A stretch of DNA of 64,000 nucleotides from a virus. Positions 36,807 through 46,473 of the stretch are shown piece by piece; within the stretch, counting starts at the first letter, position 1, and each line of letters starts with the position of its first letter. The DNA is taken from positions 6,899 through 70,898 of IMG/VR virus record IMGVR_UViG_3300047509_000270, one strand, 5' to 3'. The notes under the pieces are model-generated. The model made no database searches and was not told the origin of the DNA. It worked only from the letters and a program-made list of their open reading frames with translations. Position numbers and translations under genes: made by a program.

Positions 36807-37124
36807 ATGGGCGACGCACCGTACATCATCACGAAGAACCGTCCCGGGACCGGGATGCACTACAAGAAGTCGATCACCATTGCGCGTGTCTGGCAGCACA
36901 AGGAGACAGGGACAATCGTCCGCGTGGTGAACGTCCAGGAGGTCGACGGGAGCTGGCTCCGGATCATCTTCATCGATCCGTCCGTCCCCGGCCTGGAACT
37001 TTCCCTGCCGCTCAAGGCCAGGGAGAATCCGTTCCAGCCTCCCGGCCGGGTCACGCCGCTCATGGAGATGGGCTTCGAGGATCAGTATAGAGTATACGAA
37101 AATCAGCAGACCACGAGGATCTGA
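36807..37124 (+). CDS. Hypothetical protein
   Basis: AAGGAG RBS, ATG 36807. Confidence 0.6.
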   Translation: MGDAPYIITKNRPGTGMHYKKSITIARVWQHKETGTIVRVVNVQEVDGSWLRIIFIDPSVPGLELSLPLKARENPFQPPGRVTPLMEMGFEDQYRVYENQQTTRI

Positions 37125-37549
37125 TGGACCCACTCGACAAGTCTCAGAAGATCCAGCCGATCGCCTTCGAAGACATTCCGACTCCGGAGGAGCACGCCAA
37201 GGATGTCCGGAGGATCTTCTGGACTTTCGGCTGCTTCGCAGCATCGATGTTCGTCCTTGCGGTGCTCATCGTCGGAGTGGCGCTCTGGCGCGGGGTTCCG
37301 CTCCAGACGATCGCCTTCGTCGTCCCGATCGTCATGGGCGCCGGGATCGTGGTCTTCGCGATCGGCTATGCGATGCCGGTCGGGCTCGTCTCCCTGAAAC
37401 GCCTCGAGATCGCCTACCGGATGGGCTACTTCAGCGTCGGCCAGAACGTGAAGGCGGTCGCCGCGATGGAGACGATCGCGACGCGGGTCCGACGCGAGAC
37501 TGATCCTCTGCCGACGCGCAGGCGGCCAGTCGAGGAATCGCCGACGTGA
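37124..37549 (+). CDS. Two-TM membrane protein
   Basis: Two long hydrophobic helices. Confidence 0.7.
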   Translation: MDPLDKSQKIQPIAFEDIPTPEEHAKDVRRIFWTFGCFAASMFVLAVLIVGVALWRGVPLQTIAFVVPIVMGAGIVVFAIGYAMPVGLVSLKRLEIAYRMGYFSVGQNVKAVAAMETIATRVRRETDPLPTRRRPVEESPT

Positions 37550-37947
37550 GTCGAGTCGAGGTCCTCTTCGGTCTCGTTCGAGCACACGCCGCACTGAAAT
37601 TCCCCTGGATCACTCAGGTTAAGTTTGCTTTCTGTCCGATCGCTGATCGGCACCATGCCGAAAAGTGGCGTCAGTTTGCCCACACGAATCACCGCGTGTA
37701 CACGGTCTGCTTCGCGAAAGCCGCAGAGAATGACTTGTACGATGAGGAAATTTTAGGACTTGGGTGCCATGAACTAGGACATATTGTCGGAAAACGATTA
37801 AGATACCCAGAGCATTCAAGACCAATTACTACTGTCCGTACACCAAAGGCCGTTCAAGATGAAGCTGACAGGATAGCAAGAGAAGTTCTTGGGTTTGAAA
37901 ATTTAAGGTACAATAAGAGAACAATCCAAGAGCTTCGTTGTCGGTAA
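37546..37947 (+). CDS. HExxH metallopeptidase-like protein
   Basis: CHELGH ... DEADRIA. Confidence 0.65.
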   Translation: MSRVEVLFGLVRAHAALKFPWITQVKFAFCPIADRHHAEKWRQFAHTNHRVYTVCFAKAAENDLYDEEILGLGCHELGHIVGKRLRYPEHSRPITTVRTPKAVQDEADRIAREVLGFENLRYNKRTIQELRCR

Positions 37948-37951
37948 GACT

Positions 37952-38773
37952 ATGGCATTTGCAGATGGACTTTCTAAATGCGAGAGATGTGGAAAGCTTC
38001 ATACTGTGTGGGTCCAAAAAAATAGGAATTATAGATCTAGATTCTGCTCTAAAAGCTGCGGCCTTACAGCTGGAGCAACCAAAGAATGTGAGCTTTGTAA
38101 TTCTAAATTCAAAGTAAAACCTTCACATCTTCATAGAAGAAAATTCTGCTCGATCAGATGTAAGGAGAAGGCCCAGAAACACCTAAGAACTGAGGCTATA
38201 GTCCGCTACTGGAAGGATCCAGCGTGGAGATCAAGGATGATCGAGAAGATAAAACTTCACCACGCCGATGTCTCTGGCTCAAAGAATCCGATGTACGGAA
38301 AGAAAAGACCTGATTCCGTTATCCTTCTATCTAAAACGATGAAGAAGATTTTGAAGGATAACCCTCAAAGTCACGCCAATTCAATTTCCGCTAGACATGG
38401 AAAAATCAGCGTTGGTCACAAGATCCTTGCCGTCCTGATCTGGAAGTCATATGGAATTCTTCCAGAAATTAACTTCCCCGTAAGGACTTCAGTAACAACT
38501 AGATTCATAGATGTTGCGCTAGTTGACATGAAGATAGCTTTTGAATATGACGAACCGTACTGGCACGACAAGAAATTAGACGCCAGTAGAGACTTAGAGT
38601 TGTCAGAAGCTGGATGGATAACGAAGCGTGCAGGTCCATGGATAGTTAAGAAGTACAAAAAACTTGAATCTGAATTCTCTGAAAGATTCGCGATCAGAGA
38701 TCGCGTACCGTCAAAGCACGGAGCTACGCGAGGATCGCGACGTCGGATCATCAAGGAACTCCGTCATTCTTAG
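37952..38773 (+). CDS. Homing endonuclease (Zn fingers, NUMOD3-like segment, DUF559/Vsr-like nuclease)
   Basis: FCSKSC/FCSIRC, GSKNPMYGKK, FIDVA..IAFEYDEPYWH; AT-rich. Confidence 0.8.
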   Translation: MAFADGLSKCERCGKLHTVWVQKNRNYRSRFCSKSCGLTAGATKECELCNSKFKVKPSHLHRRKFCSIRCKEKAQKHLRTEAIVRYWKDPAWRSRMIEKIKLHHADVSGSKNPMYGKKRPDSVILLSKTMKKILKDNPQSHANSISARHGKISVGHKILAVLIWKSYGILPEINFPVRTSVTTRFIDVALVDMKIAFEYDEPYWHDKKLDASRDLELSEAGWITKRAGPWIVKKYKKLESEFSERFAIRDRVPSKHGATRGSRRRIIKELRHS

Positions 38774-38825
38774 TGAAACCTTTTACTGCTGACGACTTAC
38801 ATAGACCACATTACAGGGAGGGTTT

Positions 38826-38987
38826 ATGGGTCGAGTCTTCTTCGGGATTGCCGCGATCTTCTTCTTCCTGCTGGCCGTTGGTTCGAGCCTGCTGCCGAAC
38901 GCGACCGGCTGGGGTCTCTGCGCGACGGCGATCGGGCTCCTGATCGGCGGATGGACTCCGCCGGGCCCCTGGCGCAAGCCCGCGTAG
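38826..38987 (+). CDS. Small two-TM protein (53 aa)
   Basis: GGGAGG RBS; MGRVFFGIAAIFFFLLAVG. Confidence 0.55.
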   Translation: MGRVFFGIAAIFFFLLAVGSSLLPNATGWGLCATAIGLLIGGWTPPGPWRKPA

Positions 38988-39218
38988 CTACGGCGGGATG
39001 ATCTGCTCCTCCGGCGTGTCCGGCAGCGTGAAGGCGACCGTCATCTGGAACTCGTAGATGATTCTCTTCGCGGTGTCGATCGACACCAGCTTCCAGTAGA
39101 ACGGGTCTCCGCGCTCGTCCCGGAATTGCAGGCAGGCGACGATCTCGTCGTCGGAGATCTGGATCCGCAGCGGGCAGTTTGACTTCGGGATCGCGTAGAC
39201 CTTCAGAAAATCCCCCAC
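38988..39218 (-). CDS. Hypothetical protein
   Basis: Converges exactly on the upstream + strand gene. Confidence 0.5.
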   Translation of the reverse strand: MGDFLKVYAIPKSNCPLRIQISDDEIVACLQFRDERGDPFYWKLVSIDTAKRIIYEFQMTVAFTLPDTPEEQIIPP

Positions 39219-39272
39219 CCGGGTCGCAGGGGCTATTTTACCAGAGACGGAGCGAATGCTCCAGAGATGAGA

Positions 39273-39524
39273 TCAGAACGGAATATCCTCGTCGTCTGCG
39301 TCCGTCCGATCGTAGACGAGCTTCCTCCTCGGGAGCATTCCCCAGGACCGCTTCCCCTGCTGCTTCCGGAGGAGCTGGAACGCCTTCTCGGACGCCTCGC
39401 AGCCGTCGAAGGTCTCGACGTCCTTGTTGTACGAGCCGAGATCGATCCCGAGGCGCTCTAGTCCGGCGCGATCGGACTCCTTCCCGCCGATCCAGCCGCG
39501 GTAGACGATCACCTCTCTCGGCAT
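39273..39524 (-). CDS. Hypothetical protein
   Basis: Ends DDEDIPF. Confidence 0.55.
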   Translation of the reverse strand: MPREVIVYRGWIGGKESDRAGLERLGIDLGSYNKDVETFDGCEASEKAFQLLRKQQGKRSWGMLPRRKLVYDRTDADDEDIPF

Positions 39525-39581
39525 CGAATCACAGATAAGTGCAGCTATAATCGTCCACCAAGAAGATTACCTAGGGGAAGC

Positions 39582-39965
39582 CTACCGCTTCTTCTGGACC
39601 TCTTCGGCCAACTCCAGGAGGTCACCTCTCTTGATCTCGATCTTCTTCCTTCCGGTCCGAAGGTTGTAGACCTCAACGTCCCAAGTGCCTTCATCGACAA
39701 AGAGCTTGTAGTAGTACTCGATGTCGCCGTGAAGAGTGTGACCGGCTTCCGGCTCAAAGATGCCGGGATCCACGGCGCAGAGAAATGAGGCGGCTTTCCC
39801 TGGGCGACCGAGTTCCCATCCGCGATCCGAGAACTCCTCGAGCGCCTCTGCCATTTTCGGAAGCATGTACTCCGGATAGCCGTCGCTGTAATGGTAGAGG
39901 GTGACGTCATCTCCGGTGTCTTGGCCGTCGGCGTTCATCACCCGGACTTGGCAGCGCGTGCTCAT
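39582..39965 (-). CDS. Conserved phage hypothetical protein
   Basis: MSTR...LYHYSDGYP...HGDIEYYY. Confidence 0.7.
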   Translation of the reverse strand: MSTRCQVRVMNADGQDTGDDVTLYHYSDGYPEYMLPKMAEALEEFSDRGWELGRPGKAASFLCAVDPGIFEPEAGHTLHGDIEYYYKLFVDEGTWDVEVYNLRTGRKKIEIKRGDLLELAEEVQKKR

Positions 39966-40007
39966 ATTCTTTCTCCAAACTTGATCTATTATCTTCTGCC
40001 GAGAAGA

Positions 40008-40445
40008 TTACCCAGTACGAACCAATTCTAGGAACAAGCGGCGGTCGGTCATACGATTCGACTGTCCACCCGTCAGAAGCATGAAATCGTCCGCGAATGC
40101 TTCCTCGGGGCCGAACTCATAGATGACCTCGTCGAGCCACGCCTTCTGATCCTTCTCATCGAGCAACTCGAAAAGGCCGTGGCCGACTTCATGTCGGATC
40201 GTATCTGAAAGCTGGTCACGATCGGCGTGGGCGCTCAGGTTCAAGAGAACGGTCAAGCCTTCTTCGGAGTCGACGGACCCTGCCTGATACTGGCCGACCC
40301 ACTTCACGTCCTCAAATCCCATCTCCCGAAGTTCGCTCGCCGTGTAGGTGATGACCTGGAAGCCGAGCAGATCGTTGAAGCCTTTCGACTTCTTGATCTG
40401 AGCCCGCGCCTTCCGCGCCGCGGCTTCGGCGTCTCTCTCGGTCAT
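40008..40445 (-). CDS. HExxH metallopeptidase-like protein
   Basis: TIRHEVGH...PEEAFADDF; stop codon lies inside the 22-bp site. Confidence 0.7.
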   Translation of the reverse strand: MTERDAEAAARKARAQIKKSKGFNDLLGFQVITYTASELREMGFEDVKWVGQYQAGSVDSEEGLTVLLNLSAHADRDQLSDTIRHEVGHGLFELLDEKDQKAWLDEVIYEFGPEEAFADDFMLLTGGQSNRMTDRRLFLELVRTG

Positions 40446-40471
40446 TTATAATCTTCTTCCACTAAGATTAC

Positions 40472-40804
40472 CTAGAGCGACACGACGTCGTCCGGGTGAA
40501 CCGTCGGCGGTCGCATCGGATCCGTCCTGGCAATCGAGATCAGGTAGTCCTCCAGGGCAAGGGCGTCCACGAGCGCCTTACCGGACAGGCAGCCTTTGAC
40601 GATCGCTACCGACTGGAGGAGCTTCCTGGACCTCTCGACGAAGCACCATTCGCTGACGTCTCTCCGCTCGCGTGCGGAGTCGAAGGAGATCTGGATGTCC
40701 CGAAAGATCGACTCCATCTCGAAGTGTTCGAGGATCTCCTCGGTTAGGTACTCGAAGATCAGGTCGATCTTCTTGTCCAGCCAGAGTCTCTTGAAAATAC
40801 TCAT
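40472..40804 (-). CDS. Hypothetical protein
   Basis: Bounded by two 22-bp sites. Confidence 0.6.
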   Translation of the reverse strand: MSIFKRLWLDKKIDLIFEYLTEEILEHFEMESIFRDIQISFDSARERRDVSEWCFVERSRKLLQSVAIVKGCLSGKALVDALALEDYLISIARTDPMRPPTVHPDDVVSL

Positions 40805-40839
40805 CGTTTATCTTCCCGTTGGAAGATTATACACGTAGT

Positions 40840-40910
40840 TGCACAGAATTGTCCTTCTGTGCAATTTCACGATTTTTTCTCTTGACTACTGTACAGTAGT
40901 CATATATAAT
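40840..40910. promoter_or_regulatory. Divergent promoter/operator region
   Basis: TTGACT-N17-TATAAT (+, 40882-40910) containing a perfect 20-bp palindrome at 40883-40902; TGCACA-N12-TGTGCA at 40840-40863; TATAAT on the - strand overlapping the first 22-bp site. Confidence 0.75.
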
Positions 40911-40938
40911 CATGATGTCGATGAAAGGAGGCTCCCTG

Positions 40939-41520
40939 GTGAAGAAGGTCAAGATCAACCGCGAGGCGTGGCTCCGGTCGGCGTACGCCCTCCTGCGGCG
41001 CAAGCTCCTGAAGGAGGCGCCCGAGCAGGTCGCCCTCTCCTGGTCGTTCCCGGCCAAGGGCGGCACCTCGGCGAACCGGCGCCGGATCGGCGAGTGCCAC
41101 TACAAGGGCGGCTCGGCCGACGGCAAGATCGAGGGCGACCGGGTCATCCTGATCTCGCCGACGCTCCGGGAGCCCCTCCAGATCGTCGAGACGCTCCTGC
41201 ACGAGATGGTCCACGCGGCCCTCCCGATGGGCTGCGGCCACCGCGCGCAGTTCTCCCGCCTCGCCGCCCGCGTCGGCCTGATCAAGCCCTGGACGGCCAC
41301 GAAGGCCTCCCCGGAGCTCGCCAAGCGGATCACGACGGAGTTCCTGCCCGCGCTGCCCGCGTGGCCCGGCGGTCACCTCGTCATCCAGACGACGCAGAAG
41401 AACCGCCAGCTGAAGGGGATCTGCGAGTGCGAGCGGATCATCCGAGGCTCGGCCAAGCTCTTCGAGGCCGGACCGATCATCTGCGGCCTCTGCGAGGCGC
41501 CCTTCGAGCTGGCGAACTAG
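40939..41520 (+). CDS. SprT-like metalloprotease with a C-terminal Zn ribbon
   Basis: REAWL, IGEC, LLHEMVH, GH..F, CEC..CGLC. Confidence 0.8.
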   Translation: MKKVKINREAWLRSAYALLRRKLLKEAPEQVALSWSFPAKGGTSANRRRIGECHYKGGSADGKIEGDRVILISPTLREPLQIVETLLHEMVHAALPMGCGHRAQFSRLAARVGLIKPWTATKASPELAKRITTEFLPALPAWPGGHLVIQTTQKNRQLKGICECERIIRGSAKLFEAGPIICGLCEAPFELAN

Positions 41521-41556
41521 CCCGTGTACACGACAACTTCGAAGAAGGAGGATACG

Positions 41557-41712
41557 ATGCCGAAGAAGAAGAACCTGCGCTGCACGCGCTGTAAGCGCGT
41601 CAAGCCGTCCGTCCGGCGCCGGATGGACCCGTACGACCACGAGATCCTCGGGAAGAAGATCTACCGCCAGATCTGCGTGTCCTGCGAGTCCGCCATCGCG
41701 GATGAGGTGTAG
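41557..41712 (+). CDS. Small zinc-finger protein
   Basis: CTRC..DPY..CVSC; GGAGG RBS. Confidence 0.6.
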   Translation: MPKKKNLRCTRCKRVKPSVRRRMDPYDHEILGKKIYRQICVSCESAIADEV

Positions 41713-41725
41713 GATGGAGGCCACG

Positions 41726-42157
41726 ATGACCGACAAGCCCGCCGTCAAGCTTCACAACGGGAAGTACACGATCGAGTCCAAGCAGACCGGCGAGCACCGG
41801 ACCTTCTGGGTCCGGACGCAGCCCGTGGACGCCGAGTTCGCGCCCGGTCATCGGGTCGTCATGCTGCTGACCGGCTCCCAGAACGACGATCCCTCCTGCT
41901 ACACGACGTTCGGGTTCGTCAACGACGACGGGATCTTCGTCTTCCCGTCGAAGCGCCCCGGTCCGGACTGCAAAACGAACAACTGGATCCAGTTCGCCGA
42001 CCTCCTCTGGACGCTGGCGATCGACGGCGCCTTCTCGTCGTGGGCTGAGAAGGGCTTCCGGATCCACCTGGAGGGTCACTGCTTGCGTTGTAATCGCGTG
42101 CTTACGACGCCGAGGTCGATTCAGATTGGCCTTGGACCGATTTGTGAGACTCTCTAA
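41726..42157 (+). CDS. DUF6011-like protein
   Basis: C-terminal CLRCNRVLTTPRSIQIGLGPIC. Confidence 0.7.
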   Translation: MTDKPAVKLHNGKYTIESKQTGEHRTFWVRTQPVDAEFAPGHRVVMLLTGSQNDDPSCYTTFGFVNDDGIFVFPSKRPGPDCKTNNWIQFADLLWTLAIDGAFSSWAEKGFRIHLEGHCLRCNRVLTTPRSIQIGLGPICETL

Positions 42158-42701
42158 GAAGATACTGCGCCGCAGCGATGAGTCGCTGCGGGTCGTCCTG
42201 GAACTTCCCAAGACCAAGGTTACAGCTGTCGCAGATGAAGCCTCGAAAGGAGCCGCTTTTGTGGCAATGATCCACACGAAGCGTTCCGACAATGGATATC
42301 AGCCTGAAGCAGATCTGACAGGATTTAGACTTTCTGTAGAGGTCGATCACCCCTCTCAGGAGCTCTTCTTTTACACCAGCTTTTCTAAGGCGTCGCTTAA
42401 GTTGCTGAAGAGCGACTGCTTCAGGGTTGTTCCTCTCCCACGCCCGTGTAGAGACCTTTCTAAGGTGGATTGGCTTCCTCTGGTCTCTTTCTCGCCGAAG
42501 ATCTGCCTCGCACTTCATGCACACAGATCTTGGTCTCGGAGTAGCTCTCGTCCGTATACGGAACTCTATAATCGGAAGAAGCATTCTGCATTTTGTGCAA
42601 CCACGCTTCTCTGGAACTATACCAATCCAGCATTTTCTACATTTAGACGCACGGGTGTCTTTCCTGGACCCACATGGACAGGCGTCGTAATAGACAGGCA
42701 T
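42102..42701 (-). CDS. Endonuclease VII-type homing endonuclease
   Basis: CQIC..VDHCH..G.FRGFICDSCNLGLG.FQDDP; low GC; antisense to the operon. Confidence 0.85.
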   Translation of the reverse strand: MPVYYDACPCGSRKDTRASKCRKCWIGIVPEKRGCTKCRMLLPIIEFRIRTRATPRPRSVCMKCEADLRRERDQRKPIHLRKVSTRAWERNNPEAVALQQLKRRLRKAGVKEELLRGVIDLYRKSKSCQICFRLISIVGTLRVDHCHKSGSFRGFICDSCNLGLGKFQDDPQRLIAAAQYLLRESHKSVQGQSESTSAS

Positions 42702-42731
42702 TCAGAGGAGATTATACAAGAAGGAGGAATC

Positions 42732-42935
42732 ATGGGCTACGCCGTTGAAGTGATCGCCGACGCGTCCGAGGTGTTCTGCGGGAACGGACTGCGCTTCGGC
42801 ACGTACGCCGAGGCGGAGACGTACGCGAAGGACCTCTACTCGCGCTGGACCGCCGTCCGGTCCTGGCGCGTCGTCCGGTACGTCCCGCGTGGCTGGCTGA
42901 CCGAGAAGGTCGTGCTCGAGAAGGAGGCTGCCTGA
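42732..42935 (+). CDS. Conserved phage hypothetical protein
   Basis: GNGLRFGT.AEAE.YA.DL.SRW; AGGAGG RBS. Confidence 0.65.
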   Translation: MGYAVEVIADASEVFCGNGLRFGTYAEAETYAKDLYSRWTAVRSWRVVRYVPRGWLTEKVVLEKEAA

Positions 42936-43258
42936 TGTTCACGCCGAACGTCCGTCGTGCGATCTTCGATCGCACGCACACCGCACGTCCCCGCGGCATG
43001 AAGCCTGGATCCGTCAAAGTCTCGGTCGTCGTCCGGCTGACCGTTGAGGCGCCTAGGATCCGGGATATCGGCGGCCGGGAGCGTCAGATCAACCTGACGG
43101 CCAGGGAGAGGACCTGCCTGGAGCCGGTCCAGGTAACGCTCTTCGGGGACAAGGACCGTCGCCGGTCTGTCCGGCTGATCGTCAACCGGCGCCGGGCGTA
43201 CCTGTTGTCGGTCACGAGCACCGGAATCGTCGTCTTCTCGTACTCGCAGGTCTGGTAG
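42935..43258 (+). CDS. Hypothetical protein
   Basis: TGATG-coupled. Confidence 0.55.
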   Translation: MFTPNVRRAIFDRTHTARPRGMKPGSVKVSVVVRLTVEAPRIRDIGGRERQINLTARERTCLEPVQVTLFGDKDRRRSVRLIVNRRRAYLLSVTSTGIVVFSYSQVW

Positions 43259-43272
43259 AAAGGAGGATCCAG

Positions 43273-43590
43273 GTGAAATCGAAGAACGTCGACCCGGTGA
43301 AGTGCCCGCGCCTGCACGCCGCGCTCGTCCGGATGGAGGCGCGCGAGAACGAGGGCTGGAAGCGCGTCGTCGAGCTGCGTCGTACTGGTCAGGACGGCTC
43401 GGCGAGTCGCCTCGTCCGGAAGCTGCTCGGTGTCCAGGGCGAGCCGATGTCCGAGGAAACCAAAGAGAAGCTGCGTCAGTACAACGAGGAGCACGCCGAG
43501 GAGATCAAGGAACGCAAGCAGCAGGAGCGCGAGATCCAGCGTCGGACGATCGCGCTGCTGACGACCGGGAAGAAGGGTACGGGTAGATAG
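43273..43590 (+). CDS. Hypothetical protein
   Basis: AGGAGG RBS; charged helix. Confidence 0.6.
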   Translation: MKSKNVDPVKCPRLHAALVRMEARENEGWKRVVELRRTGQDGSASRLVRKLLGVQGEPMSEETKEKLRQYNEEHAEEIKERKQQEREIQRRTIALLTTGKKGTGR

Positions 43591-43931
43591 CTGTGCGCAA
43601 CCGCCTCGTCCTGTACAAGCCGCCGTTCGCCTGGAGGGTCACGACCCATCAGGCGGTCTTGCGGCTGGTCCTATGGATGGAGAGGCGCGGGCAGTGGGGC
43701 GTGGAACTCCGGAAGATCGGCTTCTGGATGCGGCGCGAATTGGAAGCGAAACTCAAAGTCTGGTAGAGGTGGATCATGTTGACAAAGTTCAAGTGGACCG
43801 TCTACGTCAACGGAGAGCTGTTCGACATCATGACCGACCGTGACGTAGAGCATCTGGTCCAGGTGTACAAGGTGACCGAGATCGACACGGAACGTGGGTT
43901 GATTGTCTTTGGTGGATAGGAAGGAGGAATC

Positions 43932-44237
43932 GTGGCTGTCACTCAGATGGAGATCGCGAGGTTGGTTGGTCTCGACGTCAGTTCTGTGAACAAGATACTC
44001 AACAAGACGCACGGGTCGATCTTCCGGAAGGAGACCATTAAGATGGTCTTCTCAAAGGCGAAGGAGCTCGGCTATACAGGAAGGATCTCCGGGAAGGGGG
44101 CGATGCGCCGAACACTCGAGGGACTGTTCCCGAAGGACGGACACATCAAGACGTTGTCGGTCGTTCGGAGCGTCTCCGTGGCGGAAGTCGCCAGGATCCG
44201 GAGGATGCTGTACGGGGAACCGGACTTCAAGCTTTAA
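43932..44237 (+). CDS. LacI-type HTH DNA-binding protein without a sugar-binding domain
   Basis: TQMEIARLVGLDVSSVNKILN...ETIKMV..AKELGY. Confidence 0.8.
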   Translation: MAVTQMEIARLVGLDVSSVNKILNKTHGSIFRKETIKMVFSKAKELGYTGRISGKGAMRRTLEGLFPKDGHIKTLSVVRSVSVAEVARIRRMLYGEPDFKL

Positions 44238-44583
44238 CCTAAAGGAGGGGAGACTCCCTTTGGGCGAACCCCTCTCTATCCGGGCCGGGGCACTTCGCTC
44301 CGGCCATCCTCGCGGGCGGCCCGAATAGACCGTCCACGAGGAATTAGGAAGAATGATCTGCCGCGTCTGCCGTCACCGTCCAAACTTCCGGGCGATCCAG
44401 TCGACCGCCCGGCGCGCGTGGCTCTACGGCGCCGTCCCGTACGGGATCTGCTGGTGCGGCATGGAGGTCGCCTGGGAACGGAACGACCGGAACTACAAGA
44501 CTCGCTGGAAACGGGCCTTAAAGAGGCTGTTCGTTTGAGCTCGTAACCAGGGGTATTTTGAAGGAATTAGAGGGGATTTTGAC

Positions 44584-45078
44584 GTGACGAAGAGAGATCG
44601 GGAGCGTTTCTGGGCTAAGGTCCGCGTCGATCGTGAGACCGGCTGCTGGATCTGGACAGCGTCGGTTAGGACCTGGAAGCGAGAGCCCTGGGACGGCGGC
44701 TTTGGTGCCTTCAAGCTCTACGGGAAGGTCGAGCGCGCCCACAAGGTCGCCTACCGGATCCTGTTCGGCTGCTGGCCGCCGCGCGGACTAGTCCTCCGGC
44801 ACGGCTGCGACAACCGGCGCTGCGTCAACGTCCTGGCGCACATCGAGCCGGGCACGCAGAAGCAGAACGTCGACGACATGATCGCTCGAGGAAGGTCGAT
44901 TCAGCAGCGTCGAAAGGCTACAATCCTTCAGGGAGACGAGAATGGGCAACCCGCGACTTCGGAAAGGCAAGGCAAATCCGTACGGTCCAACCGGCTTGTC
45001 GAGGCAGGTTTTGATGCAGTTGGAGGGTGGACCCGCAACGATCAGTTTTATCCTTGGCAAGATGGTACCGCGCAGTGA
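44584..45078 (+). CDS. HNH endonuclease
   Basis: RFWAKV..CWIWT..AHKVAY..HGCDNRRCVN..H..GTQKQNVDDM. Confidence 0.85.
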   Translation: MTKRDRERFWAKVRVDRETGCWIWTASVRTWKREPWDGGFGAFKLYGKVERAHKVAYRILFGCWPPRGLVLRHGCDNRRCVNVLAHIEPGTQKQNVDDMIARGRSIQQRRKATILQGDENGQPATSERQGKSVRSNRLVEAGFDAVGGWTRNDQFYPWQDGTAQ

Positions 45079-45301
45079 TGGCATTCACCGCGGGACTATC
45101 CTGACAGTTCTGAACAGGGCGATCATGAACGGCCTCGTCACGACGAATCGACTCGACGGAGCGAAGAAGCCGTACCTGTTCGAATTGACCGACGGCGGTC
45201 GGCGCCGCGTGAAGTGGATCCGCGGCGCGGTCAAGGTCAAGACACGTCCGGCGACCGGCCTCCGTGCGGTCGCGAACCCGAAGGATCCTGAGGAGGAGTG
45301 A
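44942..45301 (+). CDS. Winged-helix DNA-binding protein
   Basis: TILTVLNR...GLV...FELTDGGR. Confidence 0.6.
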   Translation: MGNPRLRKGKANPYGPTGLSRQVLMQLEGGPATISFILGKMVPRSDGIHRGTILTVLNRAIMNGLVTTNRLDGAKKPYLFELTDGGRRRVKWIRGAVKVKTRPATGLRAVANPKDPEEE

Positions 45302-46473
45302 TGGGCAAGCTCGACATCAGCGCAAAGAAGTGGGAGAAGAATCCTGCGATGCTCCGGATCATCAGGATGTTCGAGGACGCCTTCAATTCGGTCGGCGAGA
45401 AGATCCGCGCGGACCTTCTGAAGGCATACCGGGAGCACGCGAGAGAAAACTTCGACGCATTCATGACGGCGGCCGGAACCAGGGACGGAGAGATCTCGCC
45501 GAGAGAGGAGAGGTTTCCCGAGTTCAAGGGCTGGAGCAGGTACGTCAAGATCGATCGCGCCGGACTGGCGGGATCCCTCAGCGCGTACCCCCACACCTGG
45601 ACGGAGATCCGCAGTCTGAAAGCGAGGCTCTCGGTCGACTACGAGGAGGCCGAGAAGAACGCGAACTACTCGTACGAGAACGCCCGAGACTCCTTCGTCC
45701 ACAAGAACATCGGGAAGATCTCAAACGTCCTCGGCGCCCGTCAGGACCTGAAGAACGCCGTCATGAAGTTCGACTGGCGCGGGAACTACTTCAAGGGCAA
45801 CCTGCAGGTCTACCTGGAAGGCGCCTACTTCCGCGGCGACGTCGACATCAAGTACGTGATCCGCCGGATCCCGAACGTCACGCCGTACTTCCAGTACCCG
45901 CTCGTCTTCGTCGAGGCCGAGGTCGCCGGGAAGCACTACGCCCGGCCGTCCGAGGACGAGCTCCGCGTGCTCCTCGGTGCGACGAAGAGCGCCGCCGAGG
46001 AGAAGCGCGAGGAGGCCGTCGCAGCCGGAATCTGTCCGATGAGCGGGAAGTATGTCCCGGAGGCGCTCATGAAGGGCCTCTACAACCGGATGTCCATCTA
46101 CGTGAAGTGCCCCGGCTGCGGGGCGGTCGTGAGCGTCCAGAAGGGAAGCTGGAAGTTCCGGAACCACAAGACGCCGGGCGCCGAGCGCGCTGGGGCTGCA
46201 GCGAAGCTCGAGACGGCGGGATATTGTCCGACGTCTGGTCAGACTGCACCGTACCATCTTTTCGAGAAGCTCCTCAGGTCGTACAAGACATACCCAGGCG
46301 GTCAGGAGAAGACGGAGTACGACGTTCCGCTCTTCGACAGCAGCGGAAAGTCAAGAAGGCTTCCCTGCGAGACCTGCGGTCAGAGTGTCGTCATAAGCGA
46401 CATCCGCGGAGCCTACTCCCCAGAGAAGGTCCGAGTCATCTATCGTAAACACAAACTGCCGGGTGCGAAATGA
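45301..46473 (+). CDS. Hypothetical protein with a duplicated C-terminal Zn module
   Basis: AGICPMSG..CPGC..HKTPGA and AGYCPTSG..CETC..HKLPGA. Confidence 0.7.
   Translation: MGKLDISAKKWEKNPAMLRIIRMFEDAFNSVGEKIRADLLKAYREHARENFDAFMTAAGTRDGEISPREERFPEFKGWSRYVKIDRAGLAGSLSAYPHTWTEIRSLKARLSVDYEEAEKNANYSYENARDSFVHKNIGKISNVLGARQDLKNAVMKFDWRGNYFKGNLQVYLEGAYFRGDVDIKYVIRRIPNVTPYFQYPLVFVEAEVAGKHYARPSEDELRVLLGATKSAAEEKREEAVAAGICPMSGKYVPEALMKGLYNRMSIYVKCPGCGAVVSVQKGSWKFRNHKTPGAERAGAAAKLETAGYCPTSGQTAPYHLFEKLLRSYKTYPGGQEKTEYDVPLFDSSGKSRRLPCETCGQSVVISDIRGAYSPEKVRVIYRKHKLPGAK

Larger units (their letters stand above)
39548..40829 (-). repeat. Left array of 22-bp intergenic palindromes TAATCTT-N8-AAGATWA
   Basis: Copies at 39548-39569, 39989-40010, 40449-40470 and 40808-40829, one per gene boundary. 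Confidence 0.85.

Noticed and set aside
16696-38000. Tailed-phage morphogenesis module
   Set aside because: No terminase Walker or nuclease motifs, portal, HK97 capsid, tape measure or baseplate recognised
44240-44345. Possible tRNA or ncRNA in the hairpin-rich intergenic gap
   Set aside because: Short stems are present but there is no cloverleaf, T-loop consensus or second copy to support a call
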